A stretch of DNA of 64,000 bases from an uncultured delta proteobacterium (GTDB lineage: Bacteria > Desulfobacterota > Binatia > Binatales > Binataceae), in assembly GCA_963774665.1 (NCBI GenBank), contig CAVZGB010000015.1, forward strand, positions 68,823 through 132,822, in the 5' to 3' direction. Position 1 is the stretch's first letter; each line of letters begins with the position of its first letter. A program made the position numbers and the translations under genes. Positions 46,960 to 58,877 of the stretch are shown here, one piece after another. Under the pieces are notes generated by a model. That model made no database searches. It was not told the origin of the DNA and worked only from the letters and a program-made list of their open reading frames with translations.

Positions 46960-47975
46960 ATGGCCAAGGTTCGCGAGTTCGGCGTCGGTTTCGAAAGCCC
47001 CCACGCGCGCGAGTTCGCCGCGCATGCCAGGCGCGCCGAAGAATTGGGCTTTGGGACGTTTTGGGTGCCGGAAGATCCTTTCTACCGTGGCGCATTCACG
47101 GTCGCATCGGCGATCGCGTGCAACACCTCGAAAATCAAGATTGGTCTCGGCATCGTGAATCCCTATTTGCGGCATCCGGCGTTGACCGCGATGGAATTCG
47201 CAGCGCTCGACGAGATTTCAGAAGGACGCGCGATTCTCGGAATCGGGGCGGGACTGAAGGACTGGATCGAGGGACGGCTTAAAATTCCATACACAAAGCC
47301 GACCGCGGCGATGCGCGAGACGATCGAGATCATCCGCGCGATTTTTCCGCGGCGAAGAAGTCACCTATGCGGGAAAGGTGTTTCAGGCCGAGCGGATCAA
47401 GCTCAGCTTCAAGCCGTTGCGGACCGAAATTCCCATCTATCTCGGCATTCTCGGCCCCAAAAATTGTGAGCTCACGGGCGAGGCGGCCGACGGCCTTTTG
47501 CTCAGCATCATGTCCTCGCCCGCATACGTGAAATTCGCGATGGAGCACGTGCGCCGCGGGCTTGCGAAGTCGGGCCGCGAAGAGCGCGCTTTCAACGTTG
47601 GTGCGTACATCTTTTCTTCGATTTCAGAAGATGAGCGCGCTGCGCGCGACCGTTTGCGTCCGATCGTAGCGATGATGATCTCGCTGATGGCGCCGCAGCC
47701 GAACACACCGATCTTCGCGGCGGCCGGATTGCCGGCTGATGACGATTCGCGCGTTCGGCGCGAGTTTCGCTCAAGGAAAATTGCCGGTGGATATGGTCAC
47801 CGACGAGATGCTCGATACGTTTACGATCGCCGGCAGCCCCGCGCGATGCCGCGAGAACCTCTCGCGCCTGATCGAAGCGGGAGTGACGGCGCCAGTATTT
47901 TTCGAAGTGCCGGGCGTGCCTCCACAACAAACAATGGATGACGCGCATCGGCATCTCATGCCGTATTTCACCTGA
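46960..47975 (+). CDS. LLM-class flavin-dependent oxidoreductase, with two apparent frameshifts (about 47352 in a T5/CC run; about 47740)
   Basis: Three consecutive ORF pieces in frames 1, 2 and 0 read through as one luciferase-like protein (MAKVREFGVGF...IRAIF / GEEVTYAGKVFQAERIKL... / ...MTIRAFGASFAQGKLPVD...APVFFEV). Confidence 0.65.
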
Positions 47976-47989
47976 GAGAGGAGTCCACC

Positions 47990-49487
47990 ATGGCATTTGA
48001 AGTTCCCTCAGCAGAAGAATTGAAGAAAATCGCGCGCGCAAATCATATCGAGCTGAACGACGGAGAACTCGCGGCGCTCCAGGGCATGATGCCCGGGCAG
48101 ATGGCGATCTTCGAGAAGATCGACGCGATTGAAATTGCGCCGCAGGAATCGGTCACCCGTTACCGCGATCGCAAGGCGGGTGAACGCCCGTCGCCGAAGG
48201 ACGATCCGCTGAACGCAATCGTCACGCGATGCGTCGTCAAGGGCGCGGCGAGCGGTCCGCTCAAGGGCAAGCGCGTGGGGGTGAAGGACAGCGTTTGCGT
48301 AGCGGGGATTCCCGCGAGCGGCGGATCCTCGGTGCTGAAGGGCCACGTGGCCTCGAGCGACGCGACGATCGTTTCGCGGATGCTCGACGCGGGTGCGGAA
48401 ATTGTCGCGACTCTGAACATGGACGACTTTGCGCTGTCAGGCGACGGCCGCACCAGCTTTTATGGACCGTCGCGCAATCCGCACAACCCGGAATACTGCG
48501 CCGGCGGTTCGTCGTGCGGATCGGCGGCGGCGCTGTACTACGACGATATCGATCTGACTATCGGCACCGACCAGGGCGGCTCGATCAGAATTCCCGCGTC
48601 GTGGTCTGGCGTCGTCGGTATCAAGCCGACCTACGGTCTCGTGCCTTACACGGGCGTGATGAGTATCGACCCGACTCTCGATCATGTCGGCCCGATGGCG
48701 CGTAGCGTGAGCGATGTTGCGCTGCTGCTCGAAGTGCTCGCGGGCAAGGACCACGCACGATCCTCGACAGCGCGAGGTCACGACCGCGCCATATCGCGAG
48801 GCGCTCGGCAAGTCGCTCGACGGAATCAAGCTGGGTGTCGTGCGCGAGGGCTTTACCCACGCGGGCGCCGAGGCCGACGTGAATGCCGCGGTGAATCGCG
48901 CAGTCGCGGCGCTCGGCAAACTCGGCGCGCGCGCGACCGAGATTTCTATCCCGGCGCATCGCGACGCCTCCGATCTGCTCTACGCGATCGTGCCCGAGGG
49001 AATGGCGATGCTGGCGCGGACGAATCTGCAAGGGACCCATCACACCGGCGCGTACATGCCCGAACTCGCCGCGCATTTCGGCCAGCACTTTCCGGAGCGG
49101 GCCAACGACGTCGCGCTGACCGTGAAGTTCATGCTGGTGTTCGGCAACCTGATGCGCGAGCGCTATCACGGAACGTTTTATGCGAAGGTGCAGAATTATC
49201 GGCCCGTGCTGACGGCGAAATACGATGCGGCGCTGGCCGAGTATGACGCGCTCGTGATGCCCTCGACGCCGATGAAGGCGCATCGCCTCGACGAACGCGC
49301 GCCTTATTCGATGATCACCAACACCGCTCCATTCGATATCACAGGGCATCCGGCGATCAGCGTTCCGTGCGCCAAGTCCAATGGACTTCCGGTCGGCTTG
49401 ATGATCGTCGGGCGGCATTTCGACGACTCGACGCCGCTGAAGATTGCGTATGCGTACGAGCAGAGCGTCGATTGGTTGAGGCAGTAG
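47990..49487 (+). CDS. amidase (amidase-signature family), with an apparent frameshift near 48770
   Basis: GKRVGVKDSVCVAGIP and GGSSCGSAAAL...GTDQGGSIRIPAS signature in frame 2. The C-terminal 257 aa are in frame 0 (track ORF 48714..49487). Confidence 0.75.
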
Positions 49488-49491
49488 AAAA

Positions 49492-50208
49492 GTGGAACTG
49501 GCAAAGCGATTCGTGGACGTCGGGATTTTCACTAACCGGCTGGACGAGATGCGCGCGTTTTACGCCGAACGAATCCGGCTGCCTTACGAGGAGCTGCTGC
49601 CGGTCGGAGGCGGTGTCAGGCAGTATCGCTACGGATTGCTCGGCTCGGTGCTGAAGATAAATCACTCGCGCGATCCTCTGCCGGCTCGAATCGCGGGCGG
49701 CTACCGGATGCTCTCGATTTCCGATCCGCGCACTCCTATGCCGATTCCGATGCAGGACCCCGACGGCAATGACATCGAGCTGCTGCCGACCGGGCACCGC
49801 GGGGTCAATCAGATCGAAATCCATATCGGCGTAACCGACGAAGCCGCCTTCGAGCACTTCTATGCCGACGCGCTCCAGGCCGAGCGACTGGCGGCCGGCC
49901 GCTTCAAGCTCGGCGAGACGATCATAAGCTTCAAGCAAGATCCCGCGGCCGCAAGCGCGCCTAAATCGCCGTCTGCCCGCGCTACGGACGTGATCGCGTC
50001 GATGCGCGCAGTCGGGATGCGTTACATCACGGTGCAGGTGCGGGACGTTGACGCGGAGCATCGACGCTTCATGGCGAGGCGCGTGTGGGAAGGCGCCGCG
50101 CCGGTTTCGCTCGGCGCAGTTGCGCGGATTTCATTCATCCGCGACCCCGACGGTAACTTCATTGAGATTTCGCAGCGGGCGTCCCTGACGGGGCCGATCC
50201 CGGGCTAG
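49492..50208 (+). CDS. VOC-family (glyoxalase/bleomycin-resistance/dioxygenase) two-domain protein
   Basis: 238 aa from a GTG start, with two beta-alpha-beta-beta-beta modules (IEIHIGV..., ITVQVRDVD). Confidence 0.65.
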   Translation: MELAKRFVDVGIFTNRLDEMRAFYAERIRLPYEELLPVGGGVRQYRYGLLGSVLKINHSRDPLPARIAGGYRMLSISDPRTPMPIPMQDPDGNDIELLPTGHRGVNQIEIHIGVTDEAAFEHFYADALQAERLAAGRFKLGETIISFKQDPAAASAPKSPSARATDVIASMRAVGMRYITVQVRDVDAEHRRFMARRVWEGAAPVSLGAVARISFIRDPDGNFIEISQRASLTGPIPG

Positions 50209-51910
50209 CCGGCGGCGGGCGGGCGCCGGCGGCTGCAGGTCGGTCGCGAGCAGGGAAAGTACGATCGGCACCAGCGATAGATGCGATGGATTCGGGCCCG
50301 CGACCTCGTCGACGATCTCTTTGAGTTTGGCGGCCGGATAGTTCTGCCGCGCAACGATCAGCGGTATGTGGCTGTCCTGCCACGACGCGCTGCCGTGCCA
50401 CGAGTGATACGGGCCTGAGAAGTAGTAACGTTTTTGGATAGGAATGTTCAGTCCCGACTTGGAGAGCAGCAGGACGTCGCCGCTGCGATTGCCGTACGGC
50501 CCCGCGCTCAGCCATTGCATCCGCCGATCGAGCTGGATCAGGTCGGGTCGCGGATGCGCTGTCAGGTAATCCGAAATAGACACCAGCCGATGGCCATCGA
50601 AGATTTGGTACTCCATCGTCGGTTTGCCCGCCGGCGTCGGAACCCGAGCGAAGATCAAGTCGAGCGTATCCTTCATCTGCGGAACCGGCTGGCCGGTTTT
50701 GTTCGAGTTGTAGAATGCCCGCGCAACCGGCAGCACGTCCTGTTTGTATCTGGGCGGGCGCTTCCAATCGCAAGTCGTACCGGGACTCTTGCAGGTCGAG
50801 CGATCGGCCAGGTAGACGTAGGCGATCGCGCCCTGGTACGCGACGGCAGACTGGTAGTCCTGTTCGTTAGGGCCAGGATTCAGGACAAGTTTCCTCGGCC
50901 TGAAACCGGCGGATTTCAGAGCCGCGTCGGGACCGTCGTTGGAGTCGGAACCCAAGGCATGCTTCGGGTCTCGCAACACCGGAGTATGCCCATGGTCGGC
51001 GATTACCATTACGTAGGTCTGATCGAGGACGCCCAGGTTCTGGTAGTAGGCTAGCACCTGGCCGACCAGCGGATCGGTCACCCTTTCGAGATAGTCCACC
51101 TCCATCCTGAGCGGATGGTCGGCCAGATGCGTGTACAAATCGATCCCCGGGAAGTACACAACCTGGATTTTCGAAAGGCCATGATCCTCGATGCCATCGA
51201 GCAGCTTGGGCACTGATTTCTTGTCGAGGTCTTCGTAGATATCCATCTTTTCCGGGCGAATTCTCGCCACCGCCCCGCGCGATGAATTCCGTGTACAGAG
51301 TGACCATCGAGATCGGATCGACGAGGGTGAAATAGTCTGCGCGCCGGTAAATCGGATTCAACGAGACGGACGACTTCACTCCGGCTTGCTCAAATAGCGT
51401 GGGGGTCTTGAGCTGCTTGCCGACCAGATCGGAGATTATCATGGCGCGGTTGTCATCCATCTCTTCAACCGATACCGGCACCGGCGCATAGAATTTCATC
51501 TCCTCGCGCACGAACCATTCGTTGCCCGACACCGAATTCCAGGCCGTAGGCGCGCCAGTGAAGATGGCCGACCATGCGGCGATGGTGGTCGACGGCAGAA
51601 TGGTCACCGCGTTGGGCACGGAGTAGGCATGCTCGTACAATCCGCCCCCTTCGGACTTGCCAAGCATCCCGGCCATTGCGGGCGCTTTGCCCGAGTTGAT
51701 CGCTTCCATCAACTGGTCGTAGCCGGCTCCGTCAAAAGCGAAGATCAAAACGTACGGCCCCGGCTGTTCCGGCCGAATATGCTTTTTGGCGCGTTCGCCG
51801 CCGTGCAGGATGAATTCGGCGGTGGTGCAGGAAGCCAGGAGAGACAATGCGACGCACGTCGAGATCAGCGCGCAGCGGGTGAGGTTTGACACAGGATTAT
51901 GGCGCATCAT
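50131..51910 (-). CDS. alkaline-phosphatase-superfamily enzyme (type I phosphodiesterase/nucleotide pyrophosphatase-like), lipoprotein, with an apparent frameshift near 51270
   Basis: The N-terminal ORF (50867..51910) has a lipobox LLASC and a FAFDGAGYD metal-site motif. The C-terminal ORF (50131..51270) has VMVIADHGHT. Together they make about 590 aa. Confidence 0.7.
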
Positions 51911-51995
51911 CTGTTTTGATTCTGAAACTCTAACTCAACACGTTGGTCGGAAAAAGGAACAGATCGCCATCACAGCACTTGCGGCGGAAGTCGAA

Positions 51996-52550
51996 TCAGT
52001 GCACGGATTTTTCGTATTGGCGCGCGAAGAAACGGCGGGTCGATAGGGGAACGGTCGGGTCGTCGCGACCATCAACCTCGACGTCGGCGACACGGACGAA
52101 TCCGGCCCGCTCGTAGTAACTGCAAAGGGCGGCGTTGCCAGCGAAGCAATCGAGCCGAAGCAGCTTGCGGTCCATATCCGCAGTCATCCGTTCGGCAAAC
52201 TTCAATAGTTCGATACCCAAGCCGTGCGCGTCACGACGCACTGCGATCCGGTGGATATAGCCTGCCTCTTCCGCAGCGCCCGGCCAGAACAACTCGTCAC
52301 TCCATTGGAGCGTGAAGGTTCCAGCAGCGCGCCGATCGCGTTTGGCGACGTACACCTCGCCGCGCGCGATGTCGCCTGCGATCAACTCGCGCGTAAATCC
52401 GTCGACGCGCCACTGATTGATCCCGCGTGACGCGAGCCATCGCGCCGCCTCGTTCAGGACGTCGAGCACATCGTCGATGTCAGCTGAAACTGCGAGCGTA
52501 ATTTCCACCGAGCCTATCGCGGTTGCGATTGGCTCGGCGGTCGGCTTCAT
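51996..52550 (-). CDS. GNAT-family N-acetyltransferase
   Basis: Acetyl-CoA motif RRDAHGLGIELL. Start placed at Met24 to avoid overlap with the helicase gene. Confidence 0.7.
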   Translation of the reverse strand: MKPTAEPIATAIGSVEITLAVSADIDDVLDVLNEAARWLASRGINQWRVDGFTRELIAGDIARGEVYVAKRDRRAAGTFTLQWSDELFWPGAAEEAGYIHRIAVRRDAHGLGIELLKFAERMTADMDRKLLRLDCFAGNAALCSYYERAGFVRVADVEVDGRDDPTVPLSTRRFFARQYEKSVH

Positions 52551-52569
52551 CTTTAGGAAATTGCGGCGG

Positions 52570-53787
52570 TTACGCCCAGCGGGAACGCGGGCGATTGCGC
52601 GTCGAACGATTGCGCGCACCCGACGATCGGAACACGGTCACCGGCTTGGGCGCGTGAATTTCGATTTTCTCGAAACCCTCGACGTGCTCGCGATCGAGCG
52701 CGTTGCCGAGCGTGCGTTCCAGCCGCGCCAGGTTGACGCGTTCCTCCTGCGTGACCAGGCTGATCGCTTCGCCCGCCTTGCCCATCCTGGCCGTGCGCCC
52801 GATGCGATGGATATAGCCTTCGGTCTCGTCGGGCAGGTCGAAGTTAATCACGTGCGAAACGTCGGGGATGTCGAGTCCGCGGGCGGCCACGTCCGTCGCG
52901 ACCATCACGCGAAACTTGTGCGAGCGGAATCCCGCGAGCGCCGCGTTGCGCTGGCTCTGCGAGCGGTCGCCGTGAATCTGCACCGCCTTGATGTTGGCGC
53001 GTATCAGCAGCTTGGCGACCCGGTCCGCACGGCTCTTGGTGCGCGTGAAGACGATCGCGCTCTCCACTTCGGGACGCTTGAGAATCTCGAGCAGGACAGG
53101 TCCCTTGTTCTCGAGCGTGACCGGATAGATCGACTGGCGAATTTGCGACGGCGGCGCGGCTTTGGTGCCGCCGACCGTGACGCGCTCAGGCGAGGTCAGA
53201 AATTCGCGAGCGATCATTTCAGGACCGGACGCCATCGTCGCCGAGAACATCATGGTCTGGCGATTCTTCGGCACCATCTTCATGACCCGGCGCAACTGCG
53301 GCAGGAAGCCCATGTCGAGCAGCCGGTCGGCCTCGTCGATTATCACGACTTCGATTTTGTCGAGCTTGACGATGCCGCGCTCGATAAAATCGATAAGCCG
53401 CCCGGGACACGCAACCAGCACCTGCGCGCCTTTGCGAATCGCGTCGATTTGATGACGCTCGGACTCGCCACCAACCACAGTCGCGCAGCGGATGTGAGTG
53501 TGACGAGCGATCAGATCGAACTCGCGCGCAGCCTGCGCAGCAAGCTCTCGCGTCGGCATGATCACCAGCGCGGCGAGATGCCGCGTGTGCTTGCGATGCA
53601 ACCGGTCTATGGTCGGGATCAGAAAGGCCGCGGTCTTGCCGCTGCCGGTTTCAGCCGTGGCAACCACGTCGCGCCCGGTAAGCGCAACCGGGATAGCTCC
53701 GGCCTGGACCGGGGTCGCTGTATGATGACCGCGGTCTTTGATTGAACGATGGATCTCGGGCGATACGGAAAATTCAGAAAACGACAA
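52570..53787 (-). CDS. DEAD-box ATP-dependent RNA helicase
   Basis: Q-motif TPVQ, AETGSGKT, PTRELA, DEAD, SAT, HRIGRTAR. 405 aa. Long A/T-rich 5' leader. Confidence 0.9.
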   Translation of the reverse strand: MSFSEFSVSPEIHRSIKDRGHHTATPVQAGAIPVALTGRDVVATAETGSGKTAAFLIPTIDRLHRKHTRHLAALVIMPTRELAAQAAREFDLIARHTHIRCATVVGGESERHQIDAIRKGAQVLVACPGRLIDFIERGIVKLDKIEVVIIDEADRLLDMGFLPQLRRVMKMVPKNRQTMMFSATMASGPEMIAREFLTSPERVTVGGTKAAPPSQIRQSIYPVTLENKGPVLLEILKRPEVESAIVFTRTKSRADRVAKLLIRANIKAVQIHGDRSQSQRNAALAGFRSHKFRVMVATDVAARGLDIPDVSHVINFDLPDETEGYIHRIGRTARMGKAGEAISLVTQEERVNLARLERTLGNALDREHVEGFEKIEIHAPKPVTVFRSSGARNRSTRNRPRSRWA

Positions 53788-53981
53788 ACAGTATCCTATG
53801 GTTCAGTCCCCCGGATTCCAGTTCAGAAAAAAAACCGAACTTATGGGTCTGATGAGTTGAGAGGGTGGCGTCACGGAATCCGACGCGCGCATAAAGTCAC
53901 GATTGACTTGGCGAAAGGGTACAGGAATCAGCCAAGCGACACAATGGGGCCCCCACAGCCAGTGCGGGAACTTAATCATAT

Positions 53982-54005
53982 GTGAAACCCATGGAAGGGT
54001 TTCAC
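53982..54005. promoter_or_regulatory. perfect 9-bp inverted repeat gtgaaaccc-atggaa-gggtttcac (terminator of the upstream crotonase gene and/or operator in the helicase 5' region)
   Basis: Direct reading. On the minus strand it lies about 19 nt after the stop at 54024 and is followed by AU-rich sequence. Confidence 0.4.
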
Positions 54006-54023
54006 TACAATCAAGTTCCTCCT

Positions 54024-54789
54024 CTAAAACTTCCCATGCCTGCCGATCCCCGACGCGAACCTCGCCGCGCCCGCGCGCGTCTCGCCTGATTCAATCGTTG
54101 CAATGCCGTAGCGGTACTCATTCTTGAGCGCGTCATCGAGCGGCAGCGTCCACGCCTCGTACGCGGACATCCGATCACCGCGCATGCATCGTTGTGGGAA
54201 GCCGGCGATCTGCTTCGCGAGTTCGCGCGCATGCGCCAGCGCAGTGCCCGGCTCGACTACGCGATTCGCCAGGCCCATTGCGAATGCCTCTTCGCCGGAG
54301 ACGCCGCGTCCGGTGAGGATCATGTCCATCGCGCGGCTCATTCCGATCAGGCGCGGCAATCGAATCGTGCCTCCATCGCAGAGCGGCACGCCGAAGCGCC
54401 TGCAATACACGCCGAAGGTCGAGTCGCGCGCGGCGACACGCAGATCGCACCACAGCGCAAGCTCGATTCCGCCGGCGACGGCGAAACCCTCGACCGCCGC
54501 AATCACCGGCTTGCTCAGCAGCATCCTCGTGCATCCAAGCGGACCGTCGCCATTCTCAGTCACGCGATTGCCGCGGGCGGTCGCGACCGCCTTCAGATCG
54601 GCGCCGGCGCAAAACATTCCGCCGGTGCCCGTGAGAATTGCGACCGAGAGCGCGTTGTCGGCGTCGAAGCGGCGGAACGCGTCGGCGAGCGCGGAGGCAG
54701 TAGGCTGATCGACGGCGTTGCGTGCCTCCGGCCGGTTGATAGTGACGATCTGCGATTTCGTTTTCGACTGCGAATTCGATCAGGCTCAT
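54024..54789 (-). CDS. enoyl-CoA hydratase/isomerase family protein, with an apparent frameshift near 54745
   Basis: The track ORF 54024..54617 lacks the crotonase N-terminus. That N-terminus (MSLIEFAVENEIA / IVTINRPEARNAVDQPTASALADAFRRFDADNALSVAILTGTGGMFCAGADL) is encoded upstream across a 1-nt shift. Confidence 0.75.
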
Positions 54790-54817
54790 CGAATGACCTC
54801 CGCGCTGAGTGGAATTT

Positions 54818-55372
54818 CTAAAAAGACATTTTGCTTGTCGAGGAACGGAGATGCACCACGCCCGAGTCCAAAGTTCGGAGGCTCTTGAAGCCGCTGTGCG
54901 CGAATACTTCCAGCATCTGGCGGTTCTCGCCGAGCACGTCGGCCTCGAATTCCGTGACTCCGTTCGCGTCGGCGATGAGCCTCAGATGTTCGAGCAGCAG
55001 CGTCCCGATGCCGCGGCCCTGGAAGCCGTCGAGAATCGCGAACGCGACTTCCGCGCGATGCGGATCGGCGCCGCAAATATAACGGCCGACGCCGATGAAC
55101 CGCTCGCGTCCATTCTCAGTCAGCGTCGCGGCCAGTCCCACGTGATTTTTGAAATCGAGTTCGGTCAGACGCTTCAGATCCTGCGGCGACAGGTCGCGCC
55201 TGATACCCATGAATCGAAAGTAGACAGACTTCTCGCTGAGCCCCTTGAAATGATCGTGCAGGCGTTCCTGATCGTCGGGACGAATTGCGCGGATCACAAT
55301 CGAGGCGCCATCGAGCATCGGAACCTCGACGCGATAGTTCCACGCGTCGATCAGCATTTCGTGATCTGCCAT
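54818..55372 (-). CDS. GNAT-family N-acetyltransferase
   Basis: 184 aa with GFQGRGIGTLLL motif A. The remainder of the 566-aa track ORF is antisense to the thiolase gene and spurious. Confidence 0.75.
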   Translation of the reverse strand: MADHEMLIDAWNYRVEVPMLDGASIVIRAIRPDDQERLHDHFKGLSEKSVYFRFMGIRRDLSPQDLKRLTELDFKNHVGLAATLTENGRERFIGVGRYICGADPHRAEVAFAILDGFQGRGIGTLLLEHLRLIADANGVTEFEADVLGENRQMLEVFAHSGFKSLRTLDSGVVHLRSSTSKMSF

Positions 55373-55450
55373 ATCGGCCGTCGAGTATAGCGTCGATTCC
55401 GCTTGGAATCTTGCGCGCGTTTCGCTAAGCCGATCAGCAGCGGCGCAACG

Positions 55451-56620
55451 ATGAGTGAATTTACAATCAAGGATAAGGTCGCGATCGCCGGGCTCGGCGA
55501 GACGCAGTACTACAAACGCGGCGGGGCTCCCGTCAGCGAATTCCGGCTCGCGCTCGAAGCGATCCAGCGCGCAGCCGACGATGCCGGATTGCCGGTGACA
55601 GCTATCGACGGTATCGCGTCGTACAGCAACGATCGCAACGATTCGATCCGCGTCGCGACTGCGCTCGGCCTGCCGGAGTTGCGCTTCACCAACATGTTCT
55701 GGGGCGGCGGCGGCGGTGGAGGCTCGGGTGCTATAGGCAATGCTGCGGCCGCGATCGTGGCCGGTTTCGCGACCACCGTCGTCGTGTATCGAGCGCTGGC
55801 GCAGGGCCAGTTTGGCCGCTTCGGAGCGACGCCCCCGGTGCGCACGATTTCCGGCCCTATCGCGTATACCTGGCCATATGGAATGTCGACGCCCGCGCAA
55901 TGGATCGCGCTGCGCACCCGCCGCTTCATGCACGATCATCACATCACGCAGGACCCGCTCGCCGCGATCGCGATGGCCTGCTATCACCACGCGCAATCCA
56001 ATCCGCGCGCGATCATGTACGGCCGCCCGCTGACGCGCCAGGCTTACGACGACTCGCGATGGATCGTCGAGCCGTTTCATCTCTACGACTGCTGCCTCGA
56101 GAACGACGGCGCCGCCGCGGTGATCGTCACCAGCGCCGAGCGTGCGCGCGATCTCAAGCAGAAGCCCGCGTACGTGATGGCATCTGCGCAAGGCTCCGAC
56201 TTCCGACAGGGCGCCACGGCAGAGAACGGTCCCGACTACGCGACCTCCAATTTCAAGACGCTCGCGCCGCGCCTGTACGCGATGGCGGGAATCGAGCCCA
56301 AGGACGTCGACGTCGCGCAGGTCTACGAAAACTTCACCGGCGCCGTGATGACCAGTATCGTCGAGCATGGTTTCTGCCATCCCGACGAAGTGATGGACTT
56401 CTGCACCTTCGAAAATCTGACCGCGCCCAATGGCAAGCTCCCGATCAACACCAGCGGCGGAAATCTTGCTGAATGCTACATGCACGGCCTTGAGTTGATC
56501 ATCGAAGCTGCTCGGCAAGTCCGAGGTACGTCTACGTGCCAGGTGAAGGACGCCGAGATCTCGATGGTCGTGTCAGGACCGATGGTCGCGCCAGTGAGCG
56601 ATCTGATCCTGCGCAGGTAA
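55451..56620 (+). CDS. thiolase-like protein, SCP-x/nonspecific lipid-transfer-protein type (3-ketoacyl-CoA thiolase-like)
   Basis: GLGETQYYKRG, thiolase fold, and C-terminal CQVKDAEISMVVSGP. Followed by a DUF35 OB-fold partner gene. Confidence 0.85.
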   Translation: MSEFTIKDKVAIAGLGETQYYKRGGAPVSEFRLALEAIQRAADDAGLPVTAIDGIASYSNDRNDSIRVATALGLPELRFTNMFWGGGGGGGSGAIGNAAAAIVAGFATTVVVYRALAQGQFGRFGATPPVRTISGPIAYTWPYGMSTPAQWIALRTRRFMHDHHITQDPLAAIAMACYHHAQSNPRAIMYGRPLTRQAYDDSRWIVEPFHLYDCCLENDGAAAVIVTSAERARDLKQKPAYVMASAQGSDFRQGATAENGPDYATSNFKTLAPRLYAMAGIEPKDVDVAQVYENFTGAVMTSIVEHGFCHPDEVMDFCTFENLTAPNGKLPINTSGGNLAECYMHGLELIIEAARQVRGTSTCQVKDAEISMVVSGPMVAPVSDLILRR

Positions 56621-56625
56621 GCGCG

Positions 56626-57084
56626 ATGGCGAACAACGAAAACACAGAATCGAAAACGTACCTGCCCACCGGGATGCCGGCGCCCGAAGCGACGCGCGAC
56701 GGATTGGATCGCGAATTCTGGGACGCGGCGAAGCGTCACGAGCTGGTCGTTCAGAAATGCAATTCATGCGGGACGTTTCAATTCGGCCCCGAATGGATTT
56801 GTCACAAGTGCCACACCCTCGACGTCGGATGGCATCGCGTATCCGGCCGCGGCCGCGTCTACAGTTGGGAACGGGTATGGCACCCAGCCCACCCCGCATT
56901 GAAATCCGCGTGCCCCTATCTAGTAGTAGTGGTGGAACTCCCCGACGCCGGCAACGTCCGCATGGTGGGCAACCTGCTAGGCGACCCAGCCCGCGAAGTC
57001 CCCTTCGATGCCCCGGTCGAGGTCGTCTTCGAAGATCACCCCGAAGGCTTCACATTGATTCAATGGAAACTGGCGAAGCGCTGA
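56626..57084 (+). CDS. DUF35 OB-fold/Zn-ribbon protein (partner of SCP-x-type thiolases)
   Basis: Rubredoxin-like CNSCGTFQFGPEWICHKCH and an OB fold. Start at Met31 of the track ORF. Confidence 0.8.
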   Translation: MANNENTESKTYLPTGMPAPEATRDGLDREFWDAAKRHELVVQKCNSCGTFQFGPEWICHKCHTLDVGWHRVSGRGRVYSWERVWHPAHPALKSACPYLVVVVELPDAGNVRMVGNLLGDPAREVPFDAPVEVVFEDHPEGFTLIQWKLAKR

Positions 57085-57085
57085 C

Positions 57086-57748
57086 TCAGGTCTTGTCCGG
57101 TGCGTCGCCCTTGATGAACTTCAGCGACGCGGAGTTCATGCAGTAGCGGAGGCCGGTCGGGCGCGGGCCGTCGTCGAAGACGTGGCCGAGATGCGCGTCG
57201 CATTGCGCGCACATCACCTCGGTCCGCTTCATGAAGAGTGAGCGGTCGGTCTCGGTCTTGACGTTCTCAGGCGCGATCGGCTGATAGAAGCTCGGCCATC
57301 CTGTGCCCGATTCGAATTTGGTGTCTGAGCTGAAGAGAGCGTTGCCGCAGCAGATGCATCGATAGAGACCCTTGTCGTGATTCTCAGCGTACAGGTTCTG
57401 GAACGGGCGCTCGGTGCCCTTTTTCCGCGTGACATCGTACTGCTCGGGGGTCAGTTCCTTGCGCCATTCCTCATCCGTCTTGACGACTTTATCTACCATC
57501 ACGAGTCCCTTTCTCTGGCCGGCATCAGTGAACTCAACGATCGAGACTTTGACTATACCTGAGGCGCCCGAATCCGGCGAATCGCCGGACGCATCCGCTG
57601 TGACGCCTCTCTCAACGTAGCCGAATGCGATGATCGCAGGTATCGCGGCAATCGCGGCGACGAACGCACGCCGCCCGATGATGTGCGCGTTCTGACTATT
57701 CGATTGAGTACTAATTTCAGCCAACTTCAGATCCGTCGTCTTGATCAT
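57086..57748 (-). CDS. msrB: peptide-methionine (R)-S-oxide reductase MsrB with TAT-type signal ([11 protein letters not shown])
   Basis: Two CxxC zinc motifs, GWPSF, and catalytic RYCMNS. Confidence 0.85.
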   Translation of the reverse strand: MIKTTDLKLAEISTQSNSQNAHIIGRRAFVAAIAAIPAIIAFGYVERGVTADASGDSPDSGASGIVKVSIVEFTDAGQRKGLVMVDKVVKTDEEWRKELTPEQYDVTRKKGTERPFQNLYAENHDKGLYRCICCGNALFSSDTKFESGTGWPSFYQPIAPENVKTETDRSLFMKRTEVMCAQCDAHLGHVFDDGPRPTGLRYCMNSASLKFIKGDAPDKT

Positions 57749-57806
57749 TGCATATTAGAAAACAGCTTCGAAGCCCGCGAGGTTCCCGGCGCGAGTTGAC
57801 GCAAGT

Positions 57807-58877
57807 CTAGATCTGATAGACGAACAGCTTCTGTTCCTTTGGCCTTAGGAACACGTTGGCGCCGGTCTCCAGGTGCAGCGTCTGGTAGCGCTCGTGGCTG
57901 ATTTCGACCTGCACCATGTCGCCCCATGCGGCGACCAACTCGACTTTGACTTGTGGCCCGGCCGGGTTGATCGATTTCACCGTTGCGGGGAAGGTCTGCT
58001 TGCCGTTTGGCCTCAGCACGATTTCCAGCAGATGCGGCCGCACGTAGAGGACCGCCTTACCGGTCTCAGGATGCGCATGCGCGTGAGTGTTCTCGAGCTC
58101 GACGGCGGTGTCGCCGATAAACACGCGGCCGTTCTCGATTCGGCCGTGGAACAGATTCACGTTGCCCAGGAAGTTGTACACGAACGCGTTGGCGGGATGA
58201 TGATAGACTTCCTCGGCCGTGCCGATTTGCTCGATGTGTCCCTGGTTCATCACGACGATGCGGTTGGCGAGCTCGAGCGCCTCTTCCTGATCGTGCGTGA
58301 CGAAGACGCTGGTGATCTTGATCTCGTCATGCAGCCGCCGCAGCCATCGGCGGAGTTCCTGCCGCACCTTGGCGTCGAGCGCGCCGAACGGCTCGTCCAG
58401 TAGCAGGACTTTCGGCTCGACTGCGAGCGTGCGCGCAAGTGCAACGCGCTGGCGCTGGCCGCCGGAGAGCTGCGAGGGGTAGCGATCGGCAAGAAAATCG
58501 AGCTGCACGAGTTTCAGCAGCTCATGCACGCGGCGCGCGACTTCGGGCTCGGCGGGACGTTCGCGCCGGGGCAGCACGCGCATTCCGAACGCGACGTTCT
58601 CGAACACCGTCATGTGGCGGAACAGCGCGTAATGCTGAAATACGAAACCGACCTTGCGCTTGCGGACGCTGACGGCGCTCGCATCCTCGCCATGGAACAG
58701 TACTTCGCCGGTGTCGGGAGTCTCGAGTCCCGCGATTATTCTCAGCAGCGTGGTCTTGCCCGAGCCCGACAGCCCCAGCAACGCGACCAGTTCGCCGGTT
58801 TCGATATGCAGGCTGATATTGTCAACCGCGACGAAGTCGCCGAACCTCTTGCTGATGTTCTTGAGCTCGATACTCAT
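57807..58877 (-). CDS. cysA: sulfate/thiosulfate (or molybdate) ABC transporter ATP-binding protein CysA
   Basis: Walker [23 protein letters not shown], Walker B LLLDEP, and a TOBE C-terminal domain. Confidence 0.9.
   Translation of the reverse strand: MSIELKNISKRFGDFVAVDNISLHIETGELVALLGLSGSGKTTLLRIIAGLETPDTGEVLFHGEDASAVSVRKRKVGFVFQHYALFRHMTVFENVAFGMRVLPRRERPAEPEVARRVHELLKLVQLDFLADRYPSQLSGGQRQRVALARTLAVEPKVLLLDEPFGALDAKVRQELRRWLRRLHDEIKITSVFVTHDQEEALELANRIVVMNQGHIEQIGTAEEVYHHPANAFVYNFLGNVNLFHGRIENGRVFIGDTAVELENTHAHAHPETGKAVLYVRPHLLEIVLRPNGKQTFPATVKSINPAGPQVKVELVAAWGDMVQVEISHERYQTLHLETGANVFLRPKEQKLFVYQI

Noticed and set aside
55373-56518. N-terminal 380 codons of the 566-aa minus-strand ORF
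   Set aside because: Antisense to the thiolase-like gene. Only the C-terminal 184 aa form a GNAT domain with its own ATG at 55372.
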